Shown: positions 30,404 through 40,984 of the stretch, one piece after another
Layout: every line of letters starts with the position of its first letter
Numbering within the stretch: the stretch's first letter is position 1
Virus record (IMG/VR): IMGVR_UViG_3300045988_163933
Span: 1 to 41,275 of that record
Strand: one strand, 5' to 3'
DNA from: a virus
DNA length: 41,275 nt
Notes under the pieces: model-generated
Databases searched by the model: none
Seen by the model: only the letters and a program-made list of their open reading frames with translations
What the model was told of the DNA's origin: nothing
Position numbers and translations under genes: made by a program

Positions 30404-32377
30404 ATGGGAAATATGAGTGGCAGCTATGGTGAACATTACACACTATGGCAATCTATAACGGTAAATTCACAAAATATAGCAGAAAATTATTCAAATGTTA
30501 CAGTAAAAATGTATTTAACATTTGATGGAAGTTCATATTATGCTTTTACAAACAGTGAAACTTATGGAACAATGTCAATAGATGGATATCCAGCTATGAC
30601 TTATGGTATTTCTAATCTAGCATTTAGTTCAGGACAAGCAAAAACAATTACGTTGGCAACTTGGAATGGAAATATAGGACACAGCGCAGATGGAACAAAA
30701 AAATTAGTCGTTACAGGAACGTGGGACACTGATACTTCAAGAATTGGAAGTGGTAGTTGTAGTACTTCTTCAATTTTGGCAACAATTCCGCGTACAAGTT
30801 CAATAAGTTGTAGCAGTGGAAATATCGGTTCAAATACAACTATTGTAATTAATAGAGCAAGTGCATCTTTTACACATACGTTAACATATCAGTTTGGAAC
30901 ATTAAGTGGCACAATAGCAACAAAAACATCTGCAACAAGTGTTAATTTTGCATTGCCAAATGATTTTTATAAAATGATACCTAACAGTAAAAGTGGAACA
31001 GGTACAATATCTTGCACTACATATAGTGGAAACACTGTAATAGGCTCTTCGTCAACATCATTTGTTGCAAATGCAGTAGAAAGTGTATCTAAGCCAACCC
31101 TTACAACAACTTTAACAGATACTAATTCAAAAACAATAGCATTGACGGGAAACAATAAAATAATGATTTTAAATGCTTCTATAGGAAGTTTAGTAATATC
31201 AACAACTTTACAAAAAAATGCGGGAAGTATAAAAAGTGTAACAGTAAATGGAACAAATGTAGGAACTGGAGCAAGTATAACAAAAACGTATTCACCAGTT
31301 AAAACAAGTACATTTACAATAGTTGTAACAGACAGTAGAGGATATTCAACAACAGTTAAGTTATCACCTACAGTAAAAAACTATATTGTTCCAACTGTAA
31401 ACGCAACGTTTTCAAGACCTTCGCCAACGACAGGACAAATTAATCTTAAATATTCAGGAAATTGGTTCAATGGTTCGTTTGGAAGTGTAACAAACACATT
31501 AACAGTAAGTTATAAGTGGAAATTAAGTACAGATAGTTCTTATACAGAAGGAACAACAACAATAACTCCAACTAATAGTGGCAATGCCTATTCAAGATCT
31601 TCTATAAGTTTAGGAACAAGTTTTACTTATACTAATTCTTATGACTTTGTATTAACAATATCAGATAAAATCAATACAATAACTTATTCTCAAAGAGTTT
31701 CGCAAGGATTGCCAATCATTCAGTGGAACAAGGATAAATTTAAAGTAAATGGAAAAGCATATATAAATTCACGACTTGTTAAAGCGTATATGGGTGTTGC
31801 TGTTGATTTTGATACAGCCTTAACAACAGGAATTTATCAAGTAAATTCAAGTACTAAAAATCCACCATACGCAAATCCGTACGGATTTTTAAGTACACAA
31901 GTTATGAATGGAGATACATGGAATCAACAAAGTAATTGGATATGGCAAGTTTTTTATAGTACAGCTACAAGTAGAATTTATAGTCGAAGAGCAGTTAACG
32001 GTGGTAATTGGTCAAAGTGGGCCAATATACTTGAAGTTACAACATTATATGACAATTCGTCAGGAACAACAGGAACAATAACTCTAAATGAAACAGCAGC
32101 TAATTTTACATATTTAGAGATATTTTATTTTTATCCACATTGGAATGGAACTTTGTATGGTTCAACAAAGATATATTCACCTGACGGAAAACTTTCAACG
32201 TTAGGAACGGATTTACAATATAATGATAATGGTACTATGTTCTTGAAATGGTTGAGAATTTTAATAAGTGGAACCGCATTAAATGTAAAAGCGGCAGGAA
32301 GTGCTTATTATGGTTCTACTTCAGGAACTGATACAACAAACGGATTAAAAATATATAGAGTTGTAGGCTATAGATAG
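30404..32377 (+). CDS. Tail/baseplate fibre protein (DUF859-like) with C-terminal receptor-binding-type domain
   Basis: SGSYGEHYTLWQSI...; C-term TGIYQVNSSTKNPPYANPYGFLSTQVMNGDTWNQQSNWIWQVFY. Confidence 0.7.
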   Translation: MGNMSGSYGEHYTLWQSITVNSQNIAENYSNVTVKMYLTFDGSSYYAFTNSETYGTMSIDGYPAMTYGISNLAFSSGQAKTITLATWNGNIGHSADGTKKLVVTGTWDTDTSRIGSGSCSTSSILATIPRTSSISCSSGNIGSNTTIVINRASASFTHTLTYQFGTLSGTIATKTSATSVNFALPNDFYKMIPNSKSGTGTISCTTYSGNTVIGSSSTSFVANAVESVSKPTLTTTLTDTNSKTIALTGNNKIMILNASIGSLVISTTLQKNAGSIKSVTVNGTNVGTGASITKTYSPVKTSTFTIVVTDSRGYSTTVKLSPTVKNYIVPTVNATFSRPSPTTGQINLKYSGNWFNGSFGSVTNTLTVSYKWKLSTDSSYTEGTTTITPTNSGNAYSRSSISLGTSFTYTNSYDFVLTISDKINTITYSQRVSQGLPIIQWNKDKFKVNGKAYINSRLVKAYMGVAVDFDTALTTGIYQVNSSTKNPPYANPYGFLSTQVMNGDTWNQQSNWIWQVFYSTATSRIYSRRAVNGGNWSKWANILEVTTLYDNSSGTTGTITLNETAANFTYLEIFYFYPHWNGTLYGSTKIYSPDGKLSTLGTDLQYNDNGTMFLKWLRILISGTALNVKAAGSAYYGSTSGTDTTNGLKIYRVVGYR

Positions 32378-32386
32378 GAGGAAAAA

Positions 32387-32683
32387 ATGGCGCTAAAAAA
32401 GCAAGTAGAATTATATAATGGAATAATTACAAATTATCATAGAATAGTAAGCATAAACAAAATAACAAATAACTGTAATATTATAGAAGTTGCTTCTTAT
32501 ATATCCGAACAGCAAAGAGAAAAAGAAAAAGAATATTACAATAGCACAAATGAAAATAAAAGTATGAATATATTTATAGAAACAAGTTTTGTGCAAAAAG
32601 AATATTCGGAAAATGAAACTATAGAAGAATGCTATAAGTATTTAAAAACATTAGAACAATTTAAAGAAGCAAGTGATGTTTAG
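32387..32683 (+). CDS. Hypothetical protein
   Basis: 98-aa ORF. Confidence 0.5.
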   Translation: MALKKQVELYNGIITNYHRIVSINKITNNCNIIEVASYISEQQREKEKEYYNSTNENKSMNIFIETSFVQKEYSENETIEECYKYLKTLEQFKEASDV

Positions 32684-32693
32684 GAGGGTATAT

Positions 32694-34773
32694 ATGTCAG
32701 TAAAAAAGATAGAAAATTTTAATATACATGAACAGCCAGAAAGTAATACAGATTCATTTGGTGTAGAATCATATTTAAATGAAAATTTCGAAAAAACAAA
32801 AGAGACAATAAACAATAATGCGGAAGAGTTAGAACGACTACAAGTTGAAAATAAACAACTCAAAGAGCAGATACCGTCACGGAACAGCAAGTGGAAATAG
32901 TGTGCATGTTGAAGATAGCGGAAGTTTGGATTTTAATTGGAAAATAAAAGGTGGACACTATCAAAAACAAACAGTTCAAAGCGATAATCTTTTAATTTTA
33001 GAAGACACAACTATAACAACAAATGGAATAACACTTGTAGTTAAAGATGGAGTAATAACAATAAATGGAACTCCAACAGCATCAACTAATATAGATTTTA
33101 AGATAAAAAAGAAATTAAAAGCGGGAACTTATTGGCATATGGTTAACAGAGCAAGTGGGTCAGCAAGTGGTAACATAGGATTTTTAATAATGAAGTCTAT
33201 TAGCTCATCAGCTACAACAATAAATGGTAGTGGAGGAGCTAATTTTACTTTAGAAGAAGATACAGAAGCGTTTTATAGAATTTGGACTGATAAGAATAAT
33301 ACTATATCTAATGTTGCATATAAATGTTTAATAAGCGAAGGCTCAGATTCAAAACCGTGGGTGCAAGGAATACCAGATAGTCCAAGCTTAGATTATCCAT
33401 CTGTGATTGAAACCGCGGGAAGTAATGCGAATTTATTTGATGGCGAATTAGAATCTGGGTCATTAGCGAATAATAGTGGACAAAATTATGCTAATGCAAA
33501 AAATACACGTTCAAAAAATTACATTGCTGTTGAGGAAAACACTACATATGTACTTTCAGATAACATAAAAGGTTCTTTCATAGTACACGCTTATGATGAA
33601 AACAAAAATTGGCTATCAATGATAGGGGCACAAAATTATACAGGACAATATATATTTGTTACTCCTCCTCAAACATCTTATATAAGATTTAGAACAAATG
33701 AAACTGATTTAACTGCAAAGATAAAATTAGAAAAAGGTTCAATAGCAACACCATATTCACCATACGGAATGGGTAGTGTAGAAATAGATGTAGTAAATAA
33801 GAATATATTTGATGGAAATAAGGCAGTTGAGTTTTGGAGAGGCTTTGGAGCACAAGTTGAATTTGTAGAGAATGTCTTTAAAGTGAACGCGGTACATCAA
33901 AGTTTGTATTCGAAAGCATTTAAAATAATTGATGAAGTTAAAAATTTAACTTTGAGTGTAGGAGATATAATTAATGATACAGGTATAAATGCGAGAGTTG
34001 GACTATGCACAATAAAAGAAGATGGGACTATAAATAATAGAACAGTTATCTATCAAAATCAAACTATAACTAAAAATGCGAATGCTATATATTTCGACTG
34101 GTCGAAGGCAGGTGCTTTCACTGTAAAAGAAATAATTGTGTCTGTTAATGAAAACACAATAACAAATGATTACGTACCACATAAATCTCAAACAGCAATA
34201 ATGCCAATACAGCAAGAAATGCTAGAAGGAGATTATGTTGCAGATGTAGAACACCACGAGTGGGGAAAGTTAGTTTTAACAGGAAATGAAAATTTTGTAC
34301 AAGCTCAAAACGCCAACAAATTGAATTATTTTTATTTAGGTTTTAATGTAGTCAAAATAAAAGGAAAAATAATATCTAACATGCTAAAAAACATTGAAAG
34401 TGGAATAATTTGGAACAAAACATCTTCTGACGATGTAGTGTCGAGTGCATCTAATAGTAAAACAATAAATATAATGTTAAGTGACACAACAATTACAACG
34501 CTTCAGCAATTCAAGGAGAAATTAAAAGAATTGTACAATGCAGGAACACCGATAATAATTTACTATGAATTAGCAGAGCCGATTGACTTAGAACTAACAT
34601 CAGAACAAAAAGTAGTACGAAATCAAAAACTATACACATACAAAAACATAACAAATATAAGTTTAAGTGATGAATTAGCAAGTATAGATGTAGAGTACAA
34701 GAAAGACCAGGACACAATAAATAAAAATTATGAGAACAGATTAGCAGCTTTAGAGGCTGCTAGTATCAGTTAG
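32694..34773 (+). CDS. Large tail fibre protein, recoded: +1 (CGGA read as Gly) at 32880
   Basis: ...VENKQLKEQIPS + GTASGNSVHVEDSGSLDFNWKIKGGHYQ... Confidence 0.85.
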
Positions 34774-34782
34774 GAGGAAACT

Positions 34783-35191
34783 ATGTTTGAAATAATAAAA
34801 AGTGTAATTAGTAAAAAAGATTACAAATTAGAAGATATGCTTTATAAAATAGCAAAAATGTATATCGAAGGAAGAATAACAGAAGCAGAAAAGAGCGAGT
34901 TAGACAATCTAGCTCGTTCAAATGCTAGAGCAGAAAACAGTTATGACATGCAAAAACAATTAGATAATCTAGAAGCAAGAGTAAAAGCATTAGAAGAGAA
35001 AAGCACAACAGAAGAGCCATCAGAGCCTGCTGAGAAATATCCAGAGTATGTGCAACCAACCCGGAGCACATGATGCATACAAAGTTGGAGATAAAGTAAC
35101 ATTCAACGGAAAAAAATACATATGTAAGATGGATAATTGTGTGTGGAGTCCTGATACTTATCCTGCAGCATGGGAAGAAAGCGAGGAATAG
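34783..35191 (+). CDS. Coiled-coil plus carbohydrate-binding (chitin-binding-like) protein, recoded: +1 (CGGA read as Gly) at 35062
   Basis: ...EKYPEYVQPT + GAHDAYKVGDKVTFNGKKYICKMDNCVWSPDTYPAAWEESEE*. Confidence 0.88.
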
Positions 35192-35192
35192 T

Positions 35193-35441
35193 ATGAGTGA
35201 GACAATTCTCGTAGCAATTATAACAGGAGGGCTATCTCTAGTAGGGGTAGTCTTTTCAAATATGTCTAGTAATAAAAGAATAGAAAATGCATTAACAACT
35301 CAACAAGCAGTAACAGACACTAAATTAGAAGAATTAACAAGAGAAGTAAGAGCACACAATAATTTTGCACAAAGAGTACCGGTTTTAGAAGAGCAAATGA
35401 AAGTTGCAAATCATAGAATAGAAGATTTAGAAAGGAAGTAA
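35193..35441 (+). CDS. Small membrane protein, XhlA-like/holin-associated
   Basis: N-terminal TM segment plus coiled coil in lysis cassette. Confidence 0.55.
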   Translation: MSETILVAIITGGLSLVGVVFSNMSSNKRIENALTTQQAVTDTKLEELTREVRAHNNFAQRVPVLEEQMKVANHRIEDLERK

Positions 35442-35446
35442 TAGTT

Positions 35447-35650
35447 ATGAAACAAGCATGGGAAGATTTAAAAAGTTTTGTAACAATAGCAATGATATTA
35501 TTATTGTTTGTTATTGTAATAGCAAATTTATTTGGAGCAGTATTAAGTGAAACAATACTAGTATTAGTAACAAATTTAGTAACAGCTGTATTTACATATT
35601 ATTTCAGTAAAGGAAAGACAGATAAAACAGAAGTAGACAAGGAGGACTAG
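35447..35650 (+). CDS. Holin-like protein
   Basis: Two hydrophobic segments, lysine/acidic C-terminus, upstream of amidase. Confidence 0.6.
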   Translation: MKQAWEDLKSFVTIAMILLLFVIVIANLFGAVLSETILVLVTNLVTAVFTYYFSKGKTDKTEVDKED

Positions 35651-35652
35651 TG

Positions 35653-35781
35653 ATGGAAGATAATGTACAAATAGAAACAGTAGAGTTTAAAGAAGAACTA
35701 TATCAAAAGAATATAGCAGAAAATGATTTTTCTAATTCAGAAATAGACGGAATAGGAGATGATGACAATGCAAATAACTAA
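35653..35781 (+). CDS. Small acidic protein
   Basis: 42-aa ORF overlapping amidase start. Confidence 0.4.
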   Translation: MEDNVQIETVEFKEELYQKNIAENDFSNSEIDGIGDDDNANN

Positions 35782-36493
35782 GATGTTAGTGCCAGAGAAC
35801 AAATATAATATAAAATGTCCTTACGAAATGACTCCAGAATTTATCGTCATACATAACACAGCAAATGATGCATCAGCAATGGCAGAAATATCATATATGA
35901 TAGGAAATAATAAGAAAGTATCTTTTCACTGTGCAATAGATAATACTAGAATTGTGCAAGGTGTGCCATTTAACCGAAACACCTGGAATGCTGGAGATGG
36001 AGGAAATGGCAACGGAAATAGAAAAGGAATATCTCTTGAAATCTGTTATTCTAAATCTGGAGGAGAAGACTTTGAAGAGGCTGAAAAGTTAGCAGCAGAA
36101 TATACAGCATATCTATTAAAACAGCATGGTTGGGGAATAGATAAGGTAATGAAACATCAAGATTTTGCAAATAAATATTGTCCACATCGTACGCTAGACA
36201 TGGGATGGCAAAGATTTTTAGACATGGTTAGTTCTTATTTAGAAGATAAACCAAAAAATGATGAAAAAATAGAAAGTGGGAGTGATGAACCAGTGAAAAC
36301 ATATCAAAATGGAAGTACAACAGAAGTTGTATATGCAGATACAGCTTGTACAAAAAGAATAGGAAGTTTGGATCCAAGAGAAAGATGTGATTGTTTTGGA
36401 ATATTTAATGACAGAGCAATGGTAAGATATAATGTAAACGGAACAAACAACTACAAAATTGGATTCTGCAAATGGCTTGGAGGAGTAAAATAA
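35762..36493 (+). CDS. Endolysin, N-acetylmuramoyl-L-alanine amidase (Amidase_2)
   Basis: FIVIHNTAND...FHCAIDNTRIVQG...KHQDFANKYCPHRTLDMGW. Confidence 0.9.
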   Translation: MTMQITKMLVPENKYNIKCPYEMTPEFIVIHNTANDASAMAEISYMIGNNKKVSFHCAIDNTRIVQGVPFNRNTWNAGDGGNGNGNRKGISLEICYSKSGGEDFEEAEKLAAEYTAYLLKQHGWGIDKVMKHQDFANKYCPHRTLDMGWQRFLDMVSSYLEDKPKNDEKIESGSDEPVKTYQNGSTTEVVYADTACTKRIGSLDPRERCDCFGIFNDRAMVRYNVNGTNNYKIGFCKWLGGVK

Positions 36494-36505
36494 TATAAAA
36501 AGATT

Positions 36506-36538
36506 AGAGGCAAGTTTAAATTAATCAACTTGCCTCTT
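36506..36538 (+). terminator. Intrinsic terminator after endolysin
   Basis: gaggcaagttt / aacttgcctc + TTTTTT. Confidence 0.85.
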
Positions 36539-36775
36539 TTTTGCATTTTATAGATAAATTTGAGATATAAAACTATATTAATGAAAAAATAAAAAGCCTT
36601 TAAAACGATTCTGAAAAGCCGATTTTTAAGCATTTTTTGTCGAAAAAATATTATATTGAAATGTCAAACTTCGACAAACAATTCAAATTAAATATGCTAT
36701 AATAAGAGCATAAGAAAAGATGTCTGGACAAAAGGGAAGTCTTTGCACTTCTCTTTTTTATTAGAAAATATTACA

Positions 36776-36792
36776 TTTCCACCATAGTGGAT
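36776..36792. repeat. 17-bp repeat TTTCCACCATAGTGGAT, copy 1 (candidate operator)
   Basis: Exact match to 37096..37112; internal dyad tccac/gtgga. Confidence 0.8.
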
Positions 36793-36844
36793 AAAAAGTA
36801 TGTTATATACAAAATTGAACATACTAAAGCTTAAAGGTGGAAAA

Positions 36845-37046
36845 ATGAGAATAGAAATATTGTTGAAAGAAATTAGAACTAAAAAGCGGATATAGTCTAG
36901 AGAGGTTATCAAAAATAACAGGTATATCAAGCTCACATTTGAATTATATAGAACGAAATGAGAAAGAACCGTCTTTTAGTAATATGATAATAATATCACA
37001 AGCATTGAATATAGATCTAGAAGAATTATATAGAATAGTACCCTAA
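36845..37046 (+). CDS. XRE-family HTH regulator, recoded: +1 (CGGA read as Gly) at 36887; absent from ORF track
   Basis: MRIEILLKEIRTKK + GYSLERLSKITGISSSHLNYIERNEKEPSFSNMIIISQALNIDLEELYRIVP*. Confidence 0.9.
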
Positions 37047-37095
37047 AAAGTACTATTTTATTTTTTTCATATATAAAATTGACACTTTCATAAAG

Positions 37096-37112
37096 TTTCC
37101 ACCATAGTGGAT
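37096..37112. repeat. 17-bp repeat TTTCCACCATAGTGGAT, copy 2
   Basis: Overlaps a promoter with TTGACA at 37079. Confidence 0.8.
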
Positions 37113-37156
37113 GGACTTGGTTATATTTATACACCATATTCGAAAGGAGAGGTAGT

Positions 37157-37294
37157 ATGAATGTAGTAAAAGATGAAGTAATTAAAGAACTAAATTATAT
37201 TGATGAGAAAAAGTATCAACAGTTTAAGAAAAAAATGGGGAAAAAGGGGGATTATTTTAGTTTTAAAGAACTTGAAATATTACAAAAAATGTAA
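37157..37294 (+). CDS. Small hypothetical protein
   Basis: MNVVKDEVIKELNYIDEKKYQQFKKKMGKKGDYFSFKELEILQKM*; strong RBS. Confidence 0.55.
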   Translation: MNVVKDEVIKELNYIDEKKYQQFKKKMGKKGDYFSFKELEILQKM

Positions 37295-37443
37295 ATGCTT
37301 TTTAGCGTAATTTTAGCGTAAATTAATACAAAAAACTTACTATAAAATGATAATATATGCTAGTCAATGTTGTGTGATGAAATGCTAGAGTATCAAGCAA
37401 TACAGACACTTTTATATATGTCCCCAATATTGCTTAGATACTC

Positions 37444-37488
<45 letters not shown>

Positions 37489-37585
37489 CGACGTTTCTGT
37501 TCGAACTTTTATAGAACAGATAGATATGAAATCAATCAGTAAAATGGTTGATTTTTTCTTTTGCAAAAAATCATCCTAATTCTAT

Positions 37586-37882
37586 ATGGAAAGGATGGTG
37601 TTTGATATGAAGATAATTAAGCAAGAACTAGAATTTGAGGAATGTCTAAAACAACGACTTGAATTTATATGTGAGTTTTCAAAAGTTACTCCTACTTTTA
37701 TCAATGGTAGTATCAGAAAACTAGATAAAACTAATCTTACATATATTGAACCACATAGAGTGATTATTAAAAATATTACTCTTTTAGTTTTTAATTATTC
37801 AAATGATGTGTATATTTCAAATTTAACTAAAAAGATTAAATTATCAGAGTTAGAAGAATATTTGAAAAAATATAAATTGTAA
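37586..37882 (+). CDS. Hypothetical protein
   Basis: 98-aa ORF. Confidence 0.45.
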   Translation: MERMVFDMKIIKQELEFEECLKQRLEFICEFSKVTPTFINGSIRKLDKTNLTYIEPHRVIIKNITLLVFNYSNDVYISNLTKKIKLSELEEYLKKYKL

Positions 37883-38088
37883 ATATTTGACATTTCTTTA
37901 AAGAGCGATATAATATAGACAATAAATTATGTATAGCTGTCCGTCAATAGCTATATAACTATGAGTACTTTGAAAAGATTATATTATATTGCATTATTAT
38001 ATTTTAGTTTATGATAAATGGATTTAAGAGATGTCAGTAGTACTCGTGTGTACTTTGATGTCTTTTTTTTGTTAGATTGGAGGTTTGA

Positions 38089-39174
<1,086 letters not shown>

Positions 39175-39204
39175 TACAAGATTTTAATATGGAGGTAATA
39201 GAAA

Positions 39205-39507
39205 ATGGAGAGTGAAAAAGTAAAATATTTAATAAATATGATAAATGATATGGACCTAACAAACAAATTAAGATTAGCAACATGCATGAGTAATAGTAGC
39301 TGTACTAATCTAAAGTATGATAAACCTGAAATGTATAAATATTTTGATAATATGCTAAAAGAAATTGACGAAGAATATAAAACTACTTTAATAAATTTTG
39401 CTAAATATCATCTTATAATGTTTGCAATGGCTAAAATTATGGAAATGACAAAGGAAGAACAAAATCAAGTTGCATTGTATTTGTTTAATAATATAAGTAT
39501 TATATAA
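39205..39507 (+). CDS. Hypothetical protein
   Basis: 100-aa ORF with RBS. Confidence 0.45.
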   Translation: MESEKVKYLINMINDMDLTNKLRLATCMSNSSCTNLKYDKPEMYKYFDNMLKEIDEEYKTTLINFAKYHLIMFAMAKIMEMTKEEQNQVALYLFNNISII

Positions 39508-39533
39508 TTTTTAAAATTAAATAAAAAAGAAAC

Positions 39534-39566
39534 CGCCACCACTATTAAATAGCAATAGTGGTGGCG
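39534..39566 (-). terminator. Strong terminator for the minus-strand gene
   Basis: 13-bp perfect stem cgccaccactatt/aatagtggtggcg, T-run on minus strand. Confidence 0.85.
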
Positions 39567-39579
39567 AAACAAGTACATT

Positions 39580-40209
39580 TTAATCTTCTCTTTTAATTCC
39601 CAAGTAGTTCTTGAGTAAGAAAATGAAAGTGTACAAGTCGTAATGAGAGCCGATTTCAATAGTGAACTGGGAGTGACTCTGCTCATAGCTGCTATAAACC
39701 TTGTCTCTCGGAAATCCCTCGCAGTAAAGATATGAAATCTCTTCTGTGGGATTAAAAAGTCCCATGTAATCGAAATCCAGAGGTTTATCAGATTTTACTG
39801 AAATCTTCCAGTCGTAGAAATTGTACCGAAGTACCATTTCTATGCCGTACTTTTCGAGGTTGATCTGAAACACAGGTAATTTTACCGATTTTGAATAGTG
39901 GGTAGAAATCACTAGTGGCGGATTGTCGCGCCATTCTTCGTAGGTTGATCTCAACAGCTGGCAAAGTCTGTCACGAACAAAGCATACCTGATCGCCGAGA
40001 CCTTTTGCATAAATCAAATTTTCATCAGGTTCGTTTACCCGTATCCATGCAGTTACATCCACAGGTAAATGCTTGTCGTAGTAGTCTCTTGCATATGCAA
40101 TGACAGAAGGGTCAGTGCGTTTACCGCAACTCTCGTAATCATCGGAGTTAAAACCTTCGATATACTTTTGCATATCCTCCAGTTCTGCATAATGTACTCG
40201 TTTTTTCAT
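39580..40209 (-). CDS. Hypothetical protein, visibly richer in G+C than surroundings
   Basis: 209-aa ORF, RBS ggaggaac. Confidence 0.7.
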   Translation of the reverse strand: MKKRVHYAELEDMQKYIEGFNSDDYESCGKRTDPSVIAYARDYYDKHLPVDVTAWIRVNEPDENLIYAKGLGDQVCFVRDRLCQLLRSTYEEWRDNPPLVISTHYSKSVKLPVFQINLEKYGIEMVLRYNFYDWKISVKSDKPLDFDYMGLFNPTEEISYLYCEGFPRDKVYSSYEQSHSQFTIEIGSHYDLYTFIFLLKNYLGIKRED

Positions 40210-40493
40210 GATAGTTCCTCCTTTTTATTGTTCGGAGGACTGTGCCTCCGAAATTTACTGATTTCAAAGGCAACAAAAAAGCATGTTACAACTAAATTAT
40301 AACATGTTTTACATAAAATTGCAAATTGTATAATTTTTTAATTCATTTGGTATTGTATTTTATGAAAAATATGATATACTTTAATAAATTGATTGATATT
40401 TGTATAAATCGTTAAGAGAAAAAAGTTGTAGATAACTACGACGTTCGCTCCAATTTTTTATATTAAGCATAATTAAATTTCCGAGAATAATTG

Positions 40494-40612
40494 ACAAAAA
40501 CATAAAAAGCTAGTATAATAAGTATAGAAAATGAAGAACCACAAACGTGGTTTGCCGAATAAATATGTAAAAACACATCTACAACGGTCAAATTACAGAT
40601 GTGTTTTTTTAT
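40494..40612 (+). ncRNA. Candidate antitoxin RNA of a par/Fst-like type I TA locus (promoter TTGACA..TATAAT 40494-40519; terminator 40571-40608)
   Basis: Promoter-like boxes, short non-coding stretch, bidirectional terminator aaaacacatct/agatgtgtttt. Confidence 0.6.
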
Positions 40613-40615
40613 TGT

Positions 40616-40726
40616 CTATTTGCTTAAAATTATAACTAGTATAACTAAGGCAAATACTATAATAGTTTCGACAACTAAGCCAAATAAAAGTAGATATATT
40701 ATTTTAAACAAAATAGCTTCTATCAT
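40616..40726 (-). CDS. Candidate type I toxin, 36-aa hydrophobic peptide
   Basis: MIEAILFKIIYLLLFGLVVETIIVFALVILVIILSK*; RBS gaggaggtgg; promoter TTGATT-17-TATACT (minus, 40811-40839). Confidence 0.7.
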   Translation of the reverse strand: MIEAILFKIIYLLLFGLVVETIIVFALVILVIILSK

Positions 40727-40984
40727 AGCACCACCTCCTCACTCGCGACTTAAAGTCACGGATTAAAAGTGGCAAACCACATCTGCTTATCTTCATTTCC
40801 TATGTTAGCTAGTATAGCATAGAAATTTATAAAAATCAATATCATGAAAACAGATTTTTGCTACAAGTTGAAAATCTATATATATTATGATATAATATCC
40901 ATTGTAATTCTTCGTAGCTATGCGAACTAAAAAAGAATAGCAGGTTTGTACATTCTCGTAAAACGATTGTTAGGAGGAATTGAT

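Noticed and set aside
39205-39507. Serine recombinase C-terminal fragment
   Set aside because: The sequence does not resemble the recombinase C-terminus; it is an independent small ORF with its own RBS.
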